Origin: Phoronis australis
Lineage: Eukaryota > Animalia > Phoronida
Direction: 5' to 3'
NCBI GenBank assembly: GCA_002633005.1
Contig: NMRA01000972.1
Span: 18,901 to 82,900, forward strand
Length of the DNA: 64,000 nucleotides
In this document: positions 1-11,078 of the stretch, one piece after another
Layout of the letters: every line of letters begins with the position of its first letter
Position numbering within the stretch: the stretch's first letter is position 1
The notes under the pieces: generated by a model
Seen by the model: only the letters and a program-made list of their open reading frames with translations
Told to the model about the DNA's origin: nothing
Database searches by the model: none
Made by a program: the position numbers and the translations under genes

Positions 1-863
1 AGTGAAACAATCGGACAGAATCAACAAAAATCCAAGATATGTGACTGAATCTCATAACGTAGCTTTCTCAAAAAAATCAATCGTGTAGGTTCCTCTTGAA
101 ACTATTCTAATTGATATTCTCTCTATCAAGTACCTAAGCTTCTTTCTAGGTGGCAAATATAAGGACGCGAATAGCGAGATCAACGAGAAATTTCAAATGT
201 CTCACGGGCGACCTCTTCAGGTGAAATTATTATCGTCCACTCAAGGGGGTCATTTGTAATCTTATCTGTGTCTTGTAAGACAACAGCGGGATGAATTCCC
301 ATCTTTGTTGGCGTATATTATTATTTGAGTTGACGAAATAACAGCAACACAAACCATAAAAATCACTTTGCATGCACTCAAGTACAAAACAATACAAAAC
401 AAAGTACACCTGGTTTTATCGGTAAAATCCAATCTAACTAAACTTCTATGAAATAAACAGAAATGTAAACATGTTTAAACTTAACACCATGCTCACTTTT
501 GGAAAAAAAACAAACGCAGTTAAGATATCTGAAATGTAAATTTTATTTATTGATAACGAAGTAATACGGGATTCGAAAAATACTTAATGCCGATACGAGT
601 TTTGTCGACAATACAAACTTGGTTACAGAAAACGGGTCCTCTCAGAAATTTACAGGCGAAGGCCAAGAGGCAGAGACGTACTGTTGGAAGCAACGGTGTA
701 ATTTTGTTAGTTTCTTAAGATTTCTTTCAGCGCAGTTTTCCTCACCTGTCGTGATCAGATTGTCTTTAGTACGCCGGGAAATAATCTCGTTTTTTGAAAG
801 AAATGTAGGGCTGCTGTTACCAAGTAAGCATAAAACGGGAGTAAGACATAAAAAGAGACGAAA

Positions 864-1020
864 CCTGGCGTGCGTTCAGTAGACGCTAGGATCTACGCTA
901 GGACCTAGCTAAAACCTGGTCAAAGTCACGTGTTCTCATTTAAAATACACGGCAATATCTCACGTAATCTCGCGAAGTCTTGCTTTTTAGCGAGGTCCTA
1001 GCGTTACTGAACGGGAGGCT
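864..1020. mobile_element. Small hairpin MITE
   Basis: CGTTCAGTAGACGCTAGGA..CCTAGCTAAAA versus inverted TTTTAGCGAGGTCCTAGCGTTACTGAACG; the left arm has a local duplication of ACGCTAGGA. Confidence 0.65.
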
Positions 1021-2211
1021 GATACATGTTTTATAATAAAAGGTGTAAAGTATTTCAAACCCAGACTTTAGATTCGTCTGTTCTTCAAGGAGGTGCACGC
1101 GTAATGTAATGTCCTATTGTTTCTTCGGATATAACATGAGTCATCATTTTCAGCTTTGTGTGTTTCTGGCCGTCAGCCAGGATCAAACAAAATGTTACAA
1201 ACTTATTGGCTCAACAACCCATGCCAAATGACGTCGTATGGAGCTTTCAATAACAAAAAACACAAACAAACAAACATAAGAAAAAAATGAATAAAAATAA
1301 CATAACGTGTTGTGAATATCATATTAGAACTAATGCGTTATATTCTTTTGTTCAACTATAAGGCCATGCTCGAATATATGGCTTATTTTACAGATCATAC
1401 GGATTGTCTTACGAAAGAAATCTAAATACTACTACCTGACCAAGTAGGTGAAGAGTTTTCATATTATCTTCACTGGTCTATGGGCCATGTGTTACAAAAC
1501 TACATGTAGGTCTAGTTGTGACCCAACAACAATTGTTGGAAATACAACCAGTTACGTTGTGTTATTCGAGTTGAAATTTGAAAGTTTACGTATTTTGTAG
1601 ACTGAGACTAGTCACACCGGTTAGACAGGTACTCCAATTCGATTTCTGGTTTTGATATGGAACACGTCCGATTTTCACTCGTGAGATTGCCGTTTTATTT
1701 TTGACATAAGTCACAAGACCTCGTGAATGAATCACACGGCGTATCAATAATAGTACGTGCTAAGACGACACACAGATGATCCGATTTAGTAATTCCACAG
1801 TGCTCCGGCCAATTAGCCTCACTCTTAAATGAAAACGTAAACAACAATCCGTCTTATCTCAAGCCACAAACTAATCGTGTCTGACACCAGTTGCAGATAA
1901 AAAAATCGTGTAGCAATTTTTCGTGTGCGAATGTCTTCAACGTTTATGATAAAAGCCAAACAAGTTCGAATGCGCAGGTAGGCGTACTACTTTATATATA
2001 GGTTCTTTATTTTTCAATGCCCAGTTGTTTGAAACAATCCCAAACATGACGTTTTTCCAAATTTTTATCTTGATAAGAGCTCCTCTTTTCTACAAACTCA
2101 TGACTTAAATGTTCTGAGAAAAGTTGCTAGAAACGCCGAAATGAGTTCCTTGATATGAATTAATTTAGACTTGAAAAATTATTGTACTCTCTTCGTGTTA
2201 TATATTGTAAT

Positions 2212-2558
2212 GTGGGCCGGAGGCCTGTTACATGAAATAAACCTAACCACCTCTTTGTCTAACGACATTTATTAATAATGTCTTTAAAAACTGAGCCTCT
2301 GTTTCAATGAAAATAAATAGGGAATAGGTCCTTAAACTAGGGGCGTTACATGAAAAGAACCCTATTGGCTTTCAATAATATTGAAAATTCAACGCAGAGT
2401 TTACACTAAATGTGCATCAAAGGACAAAACTGTCTTAGTAATGAAAATACAACACCACAAGAAAGGCAAGTCCGTGTTTTGACGGGTCCACAGATACGAT
2501 GAAAAGTTTAGGAACATAGTTGGGTCCCTATTTGGGACTGTCTCATGCAATCGGGCAC
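2212..2558. mobile_element. Diverged copy of the 27950-28358 MITE family
   Basis: Shared blocks GTCCTTAAA.T.GGGGCGTT, TTTCAATAATATTGA.AATTCAA and TCCCTATTTGGGACTGT.TCATGCAA.CG.GCACAG. Confidence 0.7.
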
Positions 2559-2839
2559 AGGACAGTATGAACAGGAAGAACGTAACAACAGCATACGGTG
2601 TATAAACTGTCTAAATGTTTCTTAAAGAGACATGCGTGAAACTGTAATAGCGCGGGTGGGCTTTGGTGCTGGGGATCAACTGCAATAGTTTAATACCTTC
2701 ACTGATACAGGATACAAAACTCTGTTTTGGTGTCTTTACTCAAAACTAGTTTTGTCTCGTGCTATTACACGATTATTACCTCCTCTGAGACTGGGGAAAA
2801 TATCATTCAACCTAAATTTATTATAAACCTTTGAGGGAG

Positions 2840-3704
2840 GTCTCTATTCCGAAGGTTCACTACTTCGAAGGTTCACCACTTCTAAGGTTCACTACACCAA
2901 AAATGTCTAAAATTTCGGATTCAGGTGTAATTTACATACTTTTACATAAAAATAACGATACTTTAGTTATTAGATGCACTTAGAGGTGTACCTATACACC
3001 AAAAACAAAGGCGGTTACTAAAACACTTTGTTTGGATTTCATGCGCAATCGAAATTGCCCGCATGTCTTACGAAAAAGGAAAAATGAGTAGGTACTTGCA
3101 TTGTGAAAAGAACACGTCGTAGAAATATTGATGAATTATCAACCACCACACATTCGTCAAATCCATGTCAAGATCGCATCACTGCACAGGGCGACTGAAA
3201 AGTTTAAGGACGCTACGCCTCAACCTCACCCACGGGAAATACGCGCACGGCCGCGTCAAAACTAAATTTAGTTAGTTGCCCTGTTCCTTCCAGTCTTCAC
3301 AAAGTCAGATAGTCCCATTCAGTCAGTTCTCTTGAATTTAAATTCGCCGATGGTCATCCCAGCCCTGCCCGTACCCTAGATGTTGTCCCTGCTCGAGAAT
3401 GAGTCATTAGTTAGATTGGCAGTGATTGGAAGTGAGCCTGTTGATTTGAAAACAATGTAATCAATGTTTTAAGAACTATTCAATTATTGCAATCCTTTAA
3501 ATAGTTTCTAACTGGACATAGATACAATACTTTATTCATGCCAGTTCCTATTCATTTGCAGACAATCGGAGTAATGAGCTGTCGGAATTCTGGTTACGGA
3601 ATTGTGGACATTCGAACTAGTGAATTTTCGAAGGTAGCGAACCTTCGGAGTATTGAACCTTCAGAGTAGCAGACCTACGGAGTAATGAACCTTCGGAATA
3701 GTGA
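2840..3704. mobile_element. Foldback-like MITE with modular 17-bp subterminal inverted repeats
   Basis: Left: three units like CTATTCCGAAGGTTCA at 2844-2895. Right: four or more inverted units like TGAACCTTCGGAATAG at 3620-3701. Confidence 0.78.
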
Positions 3705-4344
3705 CATGTAACGTTGGAAATCTTTCCCGTCAGGATTGTTGCTGGTATGAAGTGTGCGAGACTGTGCACCATTTACAATACTTGACAAGAGAAGACTTTA
3801 GTCATTGACCAACATTTTATTATGTCTGGACATACTTTTACCTTATATTTGATCATGATCGTAAGGGGTGAACTTGCCGTCGCTGTGGACTGAATTTAAC
3901 TGAATAGAAACGCACACACGTGTACACGCATGCATGTCAATCCACCAATCCGCAATCAAAGTTTACATTGGATGAACAACATATCTGAAAATCACTTTCA
4001 ATTCAAAATTTGAAAATGCGTGCACTTTACCGTACTATGCTAGCAAGAATATCAAAATAGCAGATAACAAACCAATTTTCTACTGTTTTGTTTCTTGGTC
4101 GATTTAAGGCATTCACACCGCGCTACTTTTTGGGAGCTCTACCACGCGTGTTCAACGCCTATGAGTAACATAAAGCCTCCTCTAATCGTCTGCACGATCC
4201 TGTCAACTACGCAAACACCACTGGGGCGAAGTTGACCGTATACGGCCCGATGATTACTTGAAGCGCTTTGAATCGGAAGCAAATTCAAAACTATTACTAT
4301 CTTAGTTATCATTGTAGATAGTAGCACCAGTAGCTGCAACAATT

Positions 4345-4391
4345 TTGTTGTTGTTGTTGTTGTTGTTGTTGTTTGTTGTTGTTGTTGTTGT
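4345..4391 (+). repeat. (GTT)n microsatellite
   Basis: About 15 GTT units with one interruption. Confidence 0.95.
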
Positions 4392-4830
4392 CCATCTATA
4401 TCCTATCTTTAACGGATAGGCCGGGGCTGGACCTTTTCTGCGGGGGGGGGGTTTCAATCGAACCCCCTGAACCCCCTGGCTACGGACCTGAATTTCTCAA
4501 AAAAAATCTAAGAGCAATTTGGAGTATAATTGAACACCACTATGCCTTTACAACTAATTTCAAATATCTAGGACTTATTCGGACTGGATGCTGCTTGAAG
4601 TCGCCATTGTTTCGTTTACATCAATGGTCAAATGTCACATTTTCTCGCTTTCTAGGCCTCTTTAAGGATACATGGACCATGAAAAAGACAAAAGAAACGT
4701 CAGTCAATAACCGAGGATAAAGGGATTCAAAGTCTGGTGTTACTTTCGTTTCGTTCTTACACATCATAACTGAAATCACAATGACGACCGTGATTTCACC
4801 ATAAGGCAATTTTTCGAAACATGCATCGCA

Positions 4831-5875
4831 ACACACACACACACACACACNNNNNNNNNNNNNNNNNNNNNNNNNNNNNNNNNNNNNNNNNNNNNNNNNN
4901 NNNNNNNNNNNNNNNNNNNNNNNNNNNNNNNNNNNNNNNNNNNNNNNNNNNNNNNNNNNNNNNNNNNNNNNNNNNNNNNNNNNNNNNNNNNNNNNNNNNN
5001 NNNNNNNNNNNNNNNNNNNNNNNNNNNNNNNNNNNNNNNNNNNNNNNNNNNNNNNNNNNNNNNNNNNNNNNNNNNNNNNNNNNNNNNNNNNNNNNNNNNN
5101 NNNNNNNNNNNNNNNNNNNNNNNNNNNNNNNNNNNNNNNNNNNNNNNNNNNNNNNNNNNNNNNNNNNNNNNNNNNNNNNNNNNNNNNNNNNNNNNNNNNN
5201 NNNNNNNNNNNNNNNNNNNNNNNNNNNNNNNNNNNNNNNNNNNNNNNNNNNNNNNNNNNNNNNNNNNNNNNNNNNNNNNNNNNNNNNNNNNNNNNNNNNN
5301 NNNNNNNNNNNNNNNNNNNNNNNNNNNNNNNNNNNNNNNNNNNNNNNNNNNNNNNNNNNNNNNNNNNNNNNNNNNNNNNNNNNNNNNNNNNNNNNNNNNN
5401 NNNNNNNNNNNNNNNNNNNNNNNNNNNNNNNNNNNNNNNNNNNNNNNNNNNNNNNNNNNNNNNNNNNNNNNNNNNNNNNNNNNNNNNNNNNNNNNNNNNN
5501 NNNNNNNNNNNNNNNNNNNNNNNNNNNNNNNNNNNNNNNNNNNNNNNNNNNNNNNNNNNNNNNNNNNNNNNNNNNNNNNNNNNNNNNNNNNNNNNNNNNN
5601 NNNNNNNNNNNNNNNNNNNNNNNNNNNNNNNNNNNNNNNNNNNNNNNNNNNNNNNNNNNNNNNNNNNNNNNNNNNNNNNNNNNNNNNNNNNNNNNNNNNN
5701 NNNNNNNNNNNNNNNNNNNNNNNNNNNNNNNNNNNNNNNNNNNNNNNNNNNNNNNNNNNNNNNNNNNNNNNNNNNNNNNNNNNNNNNNNNNNNNNNNNNN
5801 NNNNNNNNNNNNNNNNNNNNNNNNNNNNNNNNNCACACACACACACACGCACACGCACACGCACACACGCACACA
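4831..5875 (+). repeat. (CA)n microsatellite on both sides of an assembly gap (N 4851-5833)
   Basis: CA repeats on both gap edges. Confidence 0.9.
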
Positions 5876-7690
5876 TATGGCCATTTATAATAACTTGTTT
5901 TATCGTTTGTGTCTCACAATGTGTGTTTTCGTACTGGCTTCGTTCGCATTCGAATGTGTATAAATTGAATTAGTTGCACATTCAACTTGGTCTTATATTT
6001 ATCGTATATTGCATGACAATTGTCAAATGAAAATTCGCACCGAATGACCATCATGTTCAGGCAGGACTACTCGTTCACACATAATAATGATGTTTGCAGC
6101 TGTTACGCTTTCTCCATATGTTAATAAAGCATGATGATTCCATGTGATCAGTGCAATGGACTCACGTGAGCATCCTGCGCACGTCTAGTGCACGTCAAGG
6201 TGTACCAGGCAGCCTTCAATTGTTTTTATAGTTGTTATGCAAGCCTAAATTAGTATTTTGATATGGTGTTTATCTGTAGAAACTGAAATTGCAGAAATTG
6301 CATGAGTATCGTACAAGGTCAGTGCAAATTTTATAAAATCTTACGGGTGTAGCTTCAATGTACGCAAATGCGCTGATGTGTACCAGAAAATCCAGAAGGT
6401 CATAACAGTTTGTGACGTAAGGAGATGTTCTATCATGCTTAAAATGGATACGGCATAATAAAGACCGACAGAGTTCAAATTTGAATGACGATAAAATGCG
6501 CGACCGTCAAGTACATGAGGGGACAAGCATCAGGGGAAACGAAGAAATGCAGTTGAAGGAAAACAGCGGAAGAGTTCGAGAAAAGCTTGGAGATTTTTTG
6601 CACTGGGCGAGCAAGTAGTGCAAACTACGAGTCCGTCACAACAAAATTGCGCCTTCTTCGCAAAAAGGCATTTGCCAAATCTATTCACTCATGGCTTTAC
6701 CCGTGGCGCGTATATGTAACAAGTCATTGATTGAAGGTGCGAGTCAACCATACATTCTACCGGAGCAACATGTATTCTACACTTCTCGGGGTTCGTGAAC
6801 AAAGGGTACCATCCTAAAACATGAACCAAACAATGGTTTGGCATGGGGTTTAAGTGGTTCAAACGTCTTAGTGATTCATGAAACCTGACAATTCACATAA
6901 ATAACACTCCACATACCTGTCTACATGTTTTGTTGATTTATTCTTCAGTATTTAAAATAGTTATAATTTTACAATTAAGTTGACAAACCACTCCCAGAGA
7001 CCACTACAGTACGCAGTCATTTTTGTTTTTACCAGGGAGCGCCTCCAGGATTTATTCGTATGTTGCATCGACCAATTTTATTGGTATAATTTGTATATCT
7101 CGAACTAACAAGCAACATCCGAGGTCCATTGAACTCCTTTCAGTTTATTATGAGTGCGAGATAACCGGAGGGGATGTATATGGACAACTGCGGGTTGTAT
7201 TATTGCGTCAAATACTGGTTTCATGCAACTGCTGGCTTAGTACTTAATGCTGGACTTGTCAATTAACTCGAGAGGTGGGTCGCTATAAGAACTTGCTATC
7301 GGTAGAAAGCTTTTCATTAAAGGGGAAAATAACCGCTTTTGAAGTTACCTTTATTAAAAATACAGTTCAGTGGTTATCTTGGAAATACATTTTCTGCTTG
7401 AATTATTGTTCCCCTAGCGTATATTTGCGACCATGAAACAACACAAAATGATTCTGACGCCTCGAGAAAGACCCCGCATGCAGGTTCTGCGTTCACGTTC
7501 ATTGAAGAAACAAATGTCTTACTCCCTACTGAACTCACGCTGTGCAGGTCATTGGTGTTTGCTCAATGGAGGCGAATGCTGAAGCAAGATGGGGGCCCTT
7601 TGTTGGATCACGTTTGTGCCACGTTCTACTGTTGCATGGATAGTTCCTACTGGGGGAAAATGTCTCTACAAGATAAACCATACATCTGGA

Positions 7691-8610
7691 TTTTTAAGTG
7701 CACACATGCATAGATGTGTGGTCGCATATTGCACGGGCGTCCGGTTGTCCACTTGATGTCATAAAAAGCCTGGTTGGATTTTGATGAAATTTGGCACAAC
7801 GGTGTAGGGCACCAACGACTAAAACGGTTCTTGCCACTTTTTAATCTGCCCTCCCAAGGTCAGAGGGGCGTGGCTTTTTTAGTATTTTTTGGGAAAGACC
7901 GTTTCTGGATGATATCTATAGAAAAGATTGTCAGACTTAAATGAAACTTATGACAAAACATATGTATTGTCAATGTGTCGGCACCAATAAAATTTCGGGC
8001 GGATTCGACTACTGCAGCACCTCCTAGTAGCCATTTTGTTCTGGTCAAGGGGCTTTTCAAGTGTTGTTTTGGGGCAAAAGAAATTAAAGGAATACCGGAT
8101 GATATCTAAAGAACCGATTGAAGATTTTCAATAACACTTGACACAGACATATGCGACGTCAATTGTCAATGCACCGGGAAGTTACATTTTTTTGTAGATT
8201 CGACCACTGCATCGCCTCCTAGTGGCAGAGCATTCCGGATATCTAAAGAACCCGCAATTGAAGGATTTCAATGAAACTTGATGCAGAGGTATGTTACGTC
8301 AGTGCACCGGTACCTATAAATGTTCGGACAGATTAGACCACTGAAGCACCTCATTGTGTCCATTTTGTTCTCAACAAGGGGTTTTTGAAGCATTGTTTGG
8401 GGAAGAGCCTTTCCGGATGTTATCTAAAGAACCGATCAACGAATTTCAATGAGACTTGATATGTGATGCCAATGCGACGGTACCACTCGATTTTCGGGCG
8501 GATTCAACTACTGCAGCACCTCCCAGTGACCTTTTGCGACGCGCTGTGGGCGTATGTCAACGCTATTGCAGCTACCTATGGTGGTAAAACTGGTCAAATA
8601 GCCTTATTGT
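7691..8610 (+). mobile_element. Helentron/HINE (DINE-1-like) non-autonomous element with an internal tandem array
   Basis: T-rich start; about 4 diverged 140-190-bp units (CCGGATGATATCTAAAGAACCGATT...TTCGACTACTGCAGCACCTCCTAGT) starting near 7905, 8096, 8235 and 8413. The class is inferred from architecture. Confidence 0.6.
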
Positions 8611-9364
8611 ACTTTCGGGTAAACCACAATCAAGGTCCATATCCAAGAGTCGACTGTGTTACGGGCTAAAATAATTTTTTGGACACTTACCAAATGCCAA
8701 CTGAATCTCATATGGAAAGGGTTATTTGGATGTGCAAATTAAATAAAAAATCATCAAAATCGGACAGTGTTTGAGAAATGCATGCATGTTTTTTATGAAT
8801 TTCATGCAGTTTTAGCGTTACGAGTTGCCATTATAAAAATTCCAATTTCCAACTGTCAACAGCAGAAAAGAAATTAATCTTATTAAGTGAGCAATTGCTT
8901 TGGTATGACTAGGAATAACTTGAGTCACTTTCAGAATCACTTAGATGAAGTTGTGCTTAATCATTGAGAAATGGCAGGGTTCATCCTAAAACAGGAATTC
9001 GTTAAGAAATTTGTAAATTTTGTGTTTCTAACCCTCATCTACTGTAAAGAAGGCTTAAAAGTAAAGTTCAAACTCTGTGATAGAAAGAACTGCAGAATGT
9101 GTTAGCCTAGGCAACACAGCAAATTATTCAATATCTAAACAAACAAACCAAAAAATTGGACATTGACTGGGTTCTGTTGTGTTGAAAAAAGGTCAAAAGG
9201 CTAACAAAACGTAGTGTACGTACCCCCTAGTGAAATTCAGTAACACATATGGTGATTGCAAATAAAGTTATTGCCTTTTAAATAACACCATGGTGTTTAT
9301 TATTATCAAAGAAAAATAAATGGCCATACAACATTATGTTACCATGTGATGCAGAAACAGTGAT

Positions 9365-9445
9365 GTAGTGTACGTACCCCTTTTTGTAGTGTACGTACCC
9401 CTTTTTGTAGTGTACGTACGCCTTTTTGTAGTGTACGTACCCCCA
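9365..9445 (+). repeat. 21-bp tandem repeat x4 (GTAGTGTACGTACCCCTTTTT)
   Basis: Units start at 9365, 9386, 9407 and 9428. Confidence 0.92.
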
Positions 9446-10517
9446 TGTTTACAGATACCATGATATTAAAATATTACTTGGTAAGTGAGCACAATTGGTC
9501 ACAGACAGTTTCCTTCCTTACAAATGATAGGTTAAAAGGGTATTTATTACAAATACATTTGTTTTGAGTGAAATATTAGCATTTGTGTAGTGTACGTACC
9601 CCTATATTTTAACATGTGCCTATTTTCAAAGAATGACAAATAGATATGCACTCTACTATTTATTTGTTCTCTTTGAATAGATTTGGTAAATGAACTCCCA
9701 ATAGATTCTAAGTACTTTTATAAAACTGACATGTCATTGAAATGTAGTGTACATACCCCTGTGCAGTGTACAGACCTTCAACCTCTGTGCTATAAAATAT
9801 TGCCCACAAGTATTTTTACATACTGCTGTTCTCATGAACAATACTGATATTTCCAAAAAGCATCCAGTCTGACAAAAAACAATGGACATTATCAAATTTG
9901 TGGGCAATATAAAGCCACACAGGACTTGGCCAGTAACACCCTAGAAGACACGTCATGTGTGACAACTGATGTTGCAGGGACTGGTTATCTATCTCTCAAG
10001 ACCGTGACAACTTGCAGTAAACCAACAAGTAGTAGCAGCACAAAACTCAAGCCCATCCCATACATTTGTAACTTAGACTAAATTTGATGTTGATTGACTA
10101 TGTGTAATTACGTTTTACTGGACCTAGCATTGCTTTAACTATTTTGACCAACTGGTGAATGTATAAATAACTAGGTAAATAGCACCAATAAAGTTTTTGA
10201 AAAAGTATTTACTTGTCATTTTCTTTTTGTAAGAATCATTATACTGTGATAAAATATGCAAAGCATCATCCTCGTCTAGATTAACATGACCAACACGGTA
10301 ATATTTTTTCTTACTTTAGTATGCGACACTTCTTCAGTTTGATCAAGAAGTTATTAAATTAACAGTTACTTTATGAATTTGTGCATGATAGAAGTGGGCT
10401 GTGACCATACGTTGTAGTGTATGTACCCTTTTATACAACTGTGATGCATTAAACCATAAAATTTTATTTGGTGGTTCTTGTGCTAAAAATATTTTAGATT
10501 ACAAACCTGGAATGATG

Positions 10518-11078
10518 CAGTGGCGGATCTAGGATATCACAAGGGGGGGGGGCAACATGTTGTCTGAAAAAAATTGTGCAAAGCACGATTAGATGCGCAT
10601 AGCACCGAATGGGGGNNNNNNNNNNNNNNNNNNNNNNNNNNNNNNNNNNNNNNNNNNNNNNNNNNNNNNNNNNNNNNNNNNNNNNNNNNNNNNNNNNNNN
10701 NNNNNNNNNNNNNNNNNNNNNNNNNNNNNNNNNNNNNNNNNNNNNNNNNNNNNNNNNNNNNNNNNNNNNNNNNNNNNNNNNNNNNNNNNNNNNNNNNNNN
10801 NNNNNNNNNNNNNNNNNNNNNNNNNNNNNNNNNNNNNNNNNNNNNNNNNNNNNNNNNNNNNNNNNNNNNNNNNNNNNNNNNNNNNNNNNNNNNNNNNNNN
10901 NNNNNNNNNNNNNNNNNNNNNNNNNNNNNNNNNNNNNNNNNNNNNNNNNNNNNNNNNNNNNNNNNNNNNNNNNNNNNNNNNNNNNNNNNNNNNNNNNNNN
11001 NNNNNNNNNNNNNNNNNNNNNNNNNNNNNNNNNNNNNNNNNNNNNNNNNNNNNNNNNCCCCCCCTAAATCCGCCTATG
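10518..11078. mobile_element. Short GC-rich MITE (CAGTGGCGGATCTAG...AAATCCGCCTATG) nested in the TIR element and spanning a gap
   Basis: Inverted GGCGGAT/ATCCGCC ends with poly-G and poly-C tracts; related short elements near 4418-4490, 38090-38142 and 46716-46870. Confidence 0.6.

Noticed and set aside
4621-5963. Long ORFs of 362-417 aa in the track
   Set aside because: Artefacts of the N gap and the flanking (CA)n repeats.
9211-10430. CRISPR-like array from the repeated GTAGTGTACGTACCC motif
   Set aside because: The repeat is too short, spacing is irregular (a few bases to over 600 bp), there are no cas genes, and it lies in a eukaryotic TIR element.
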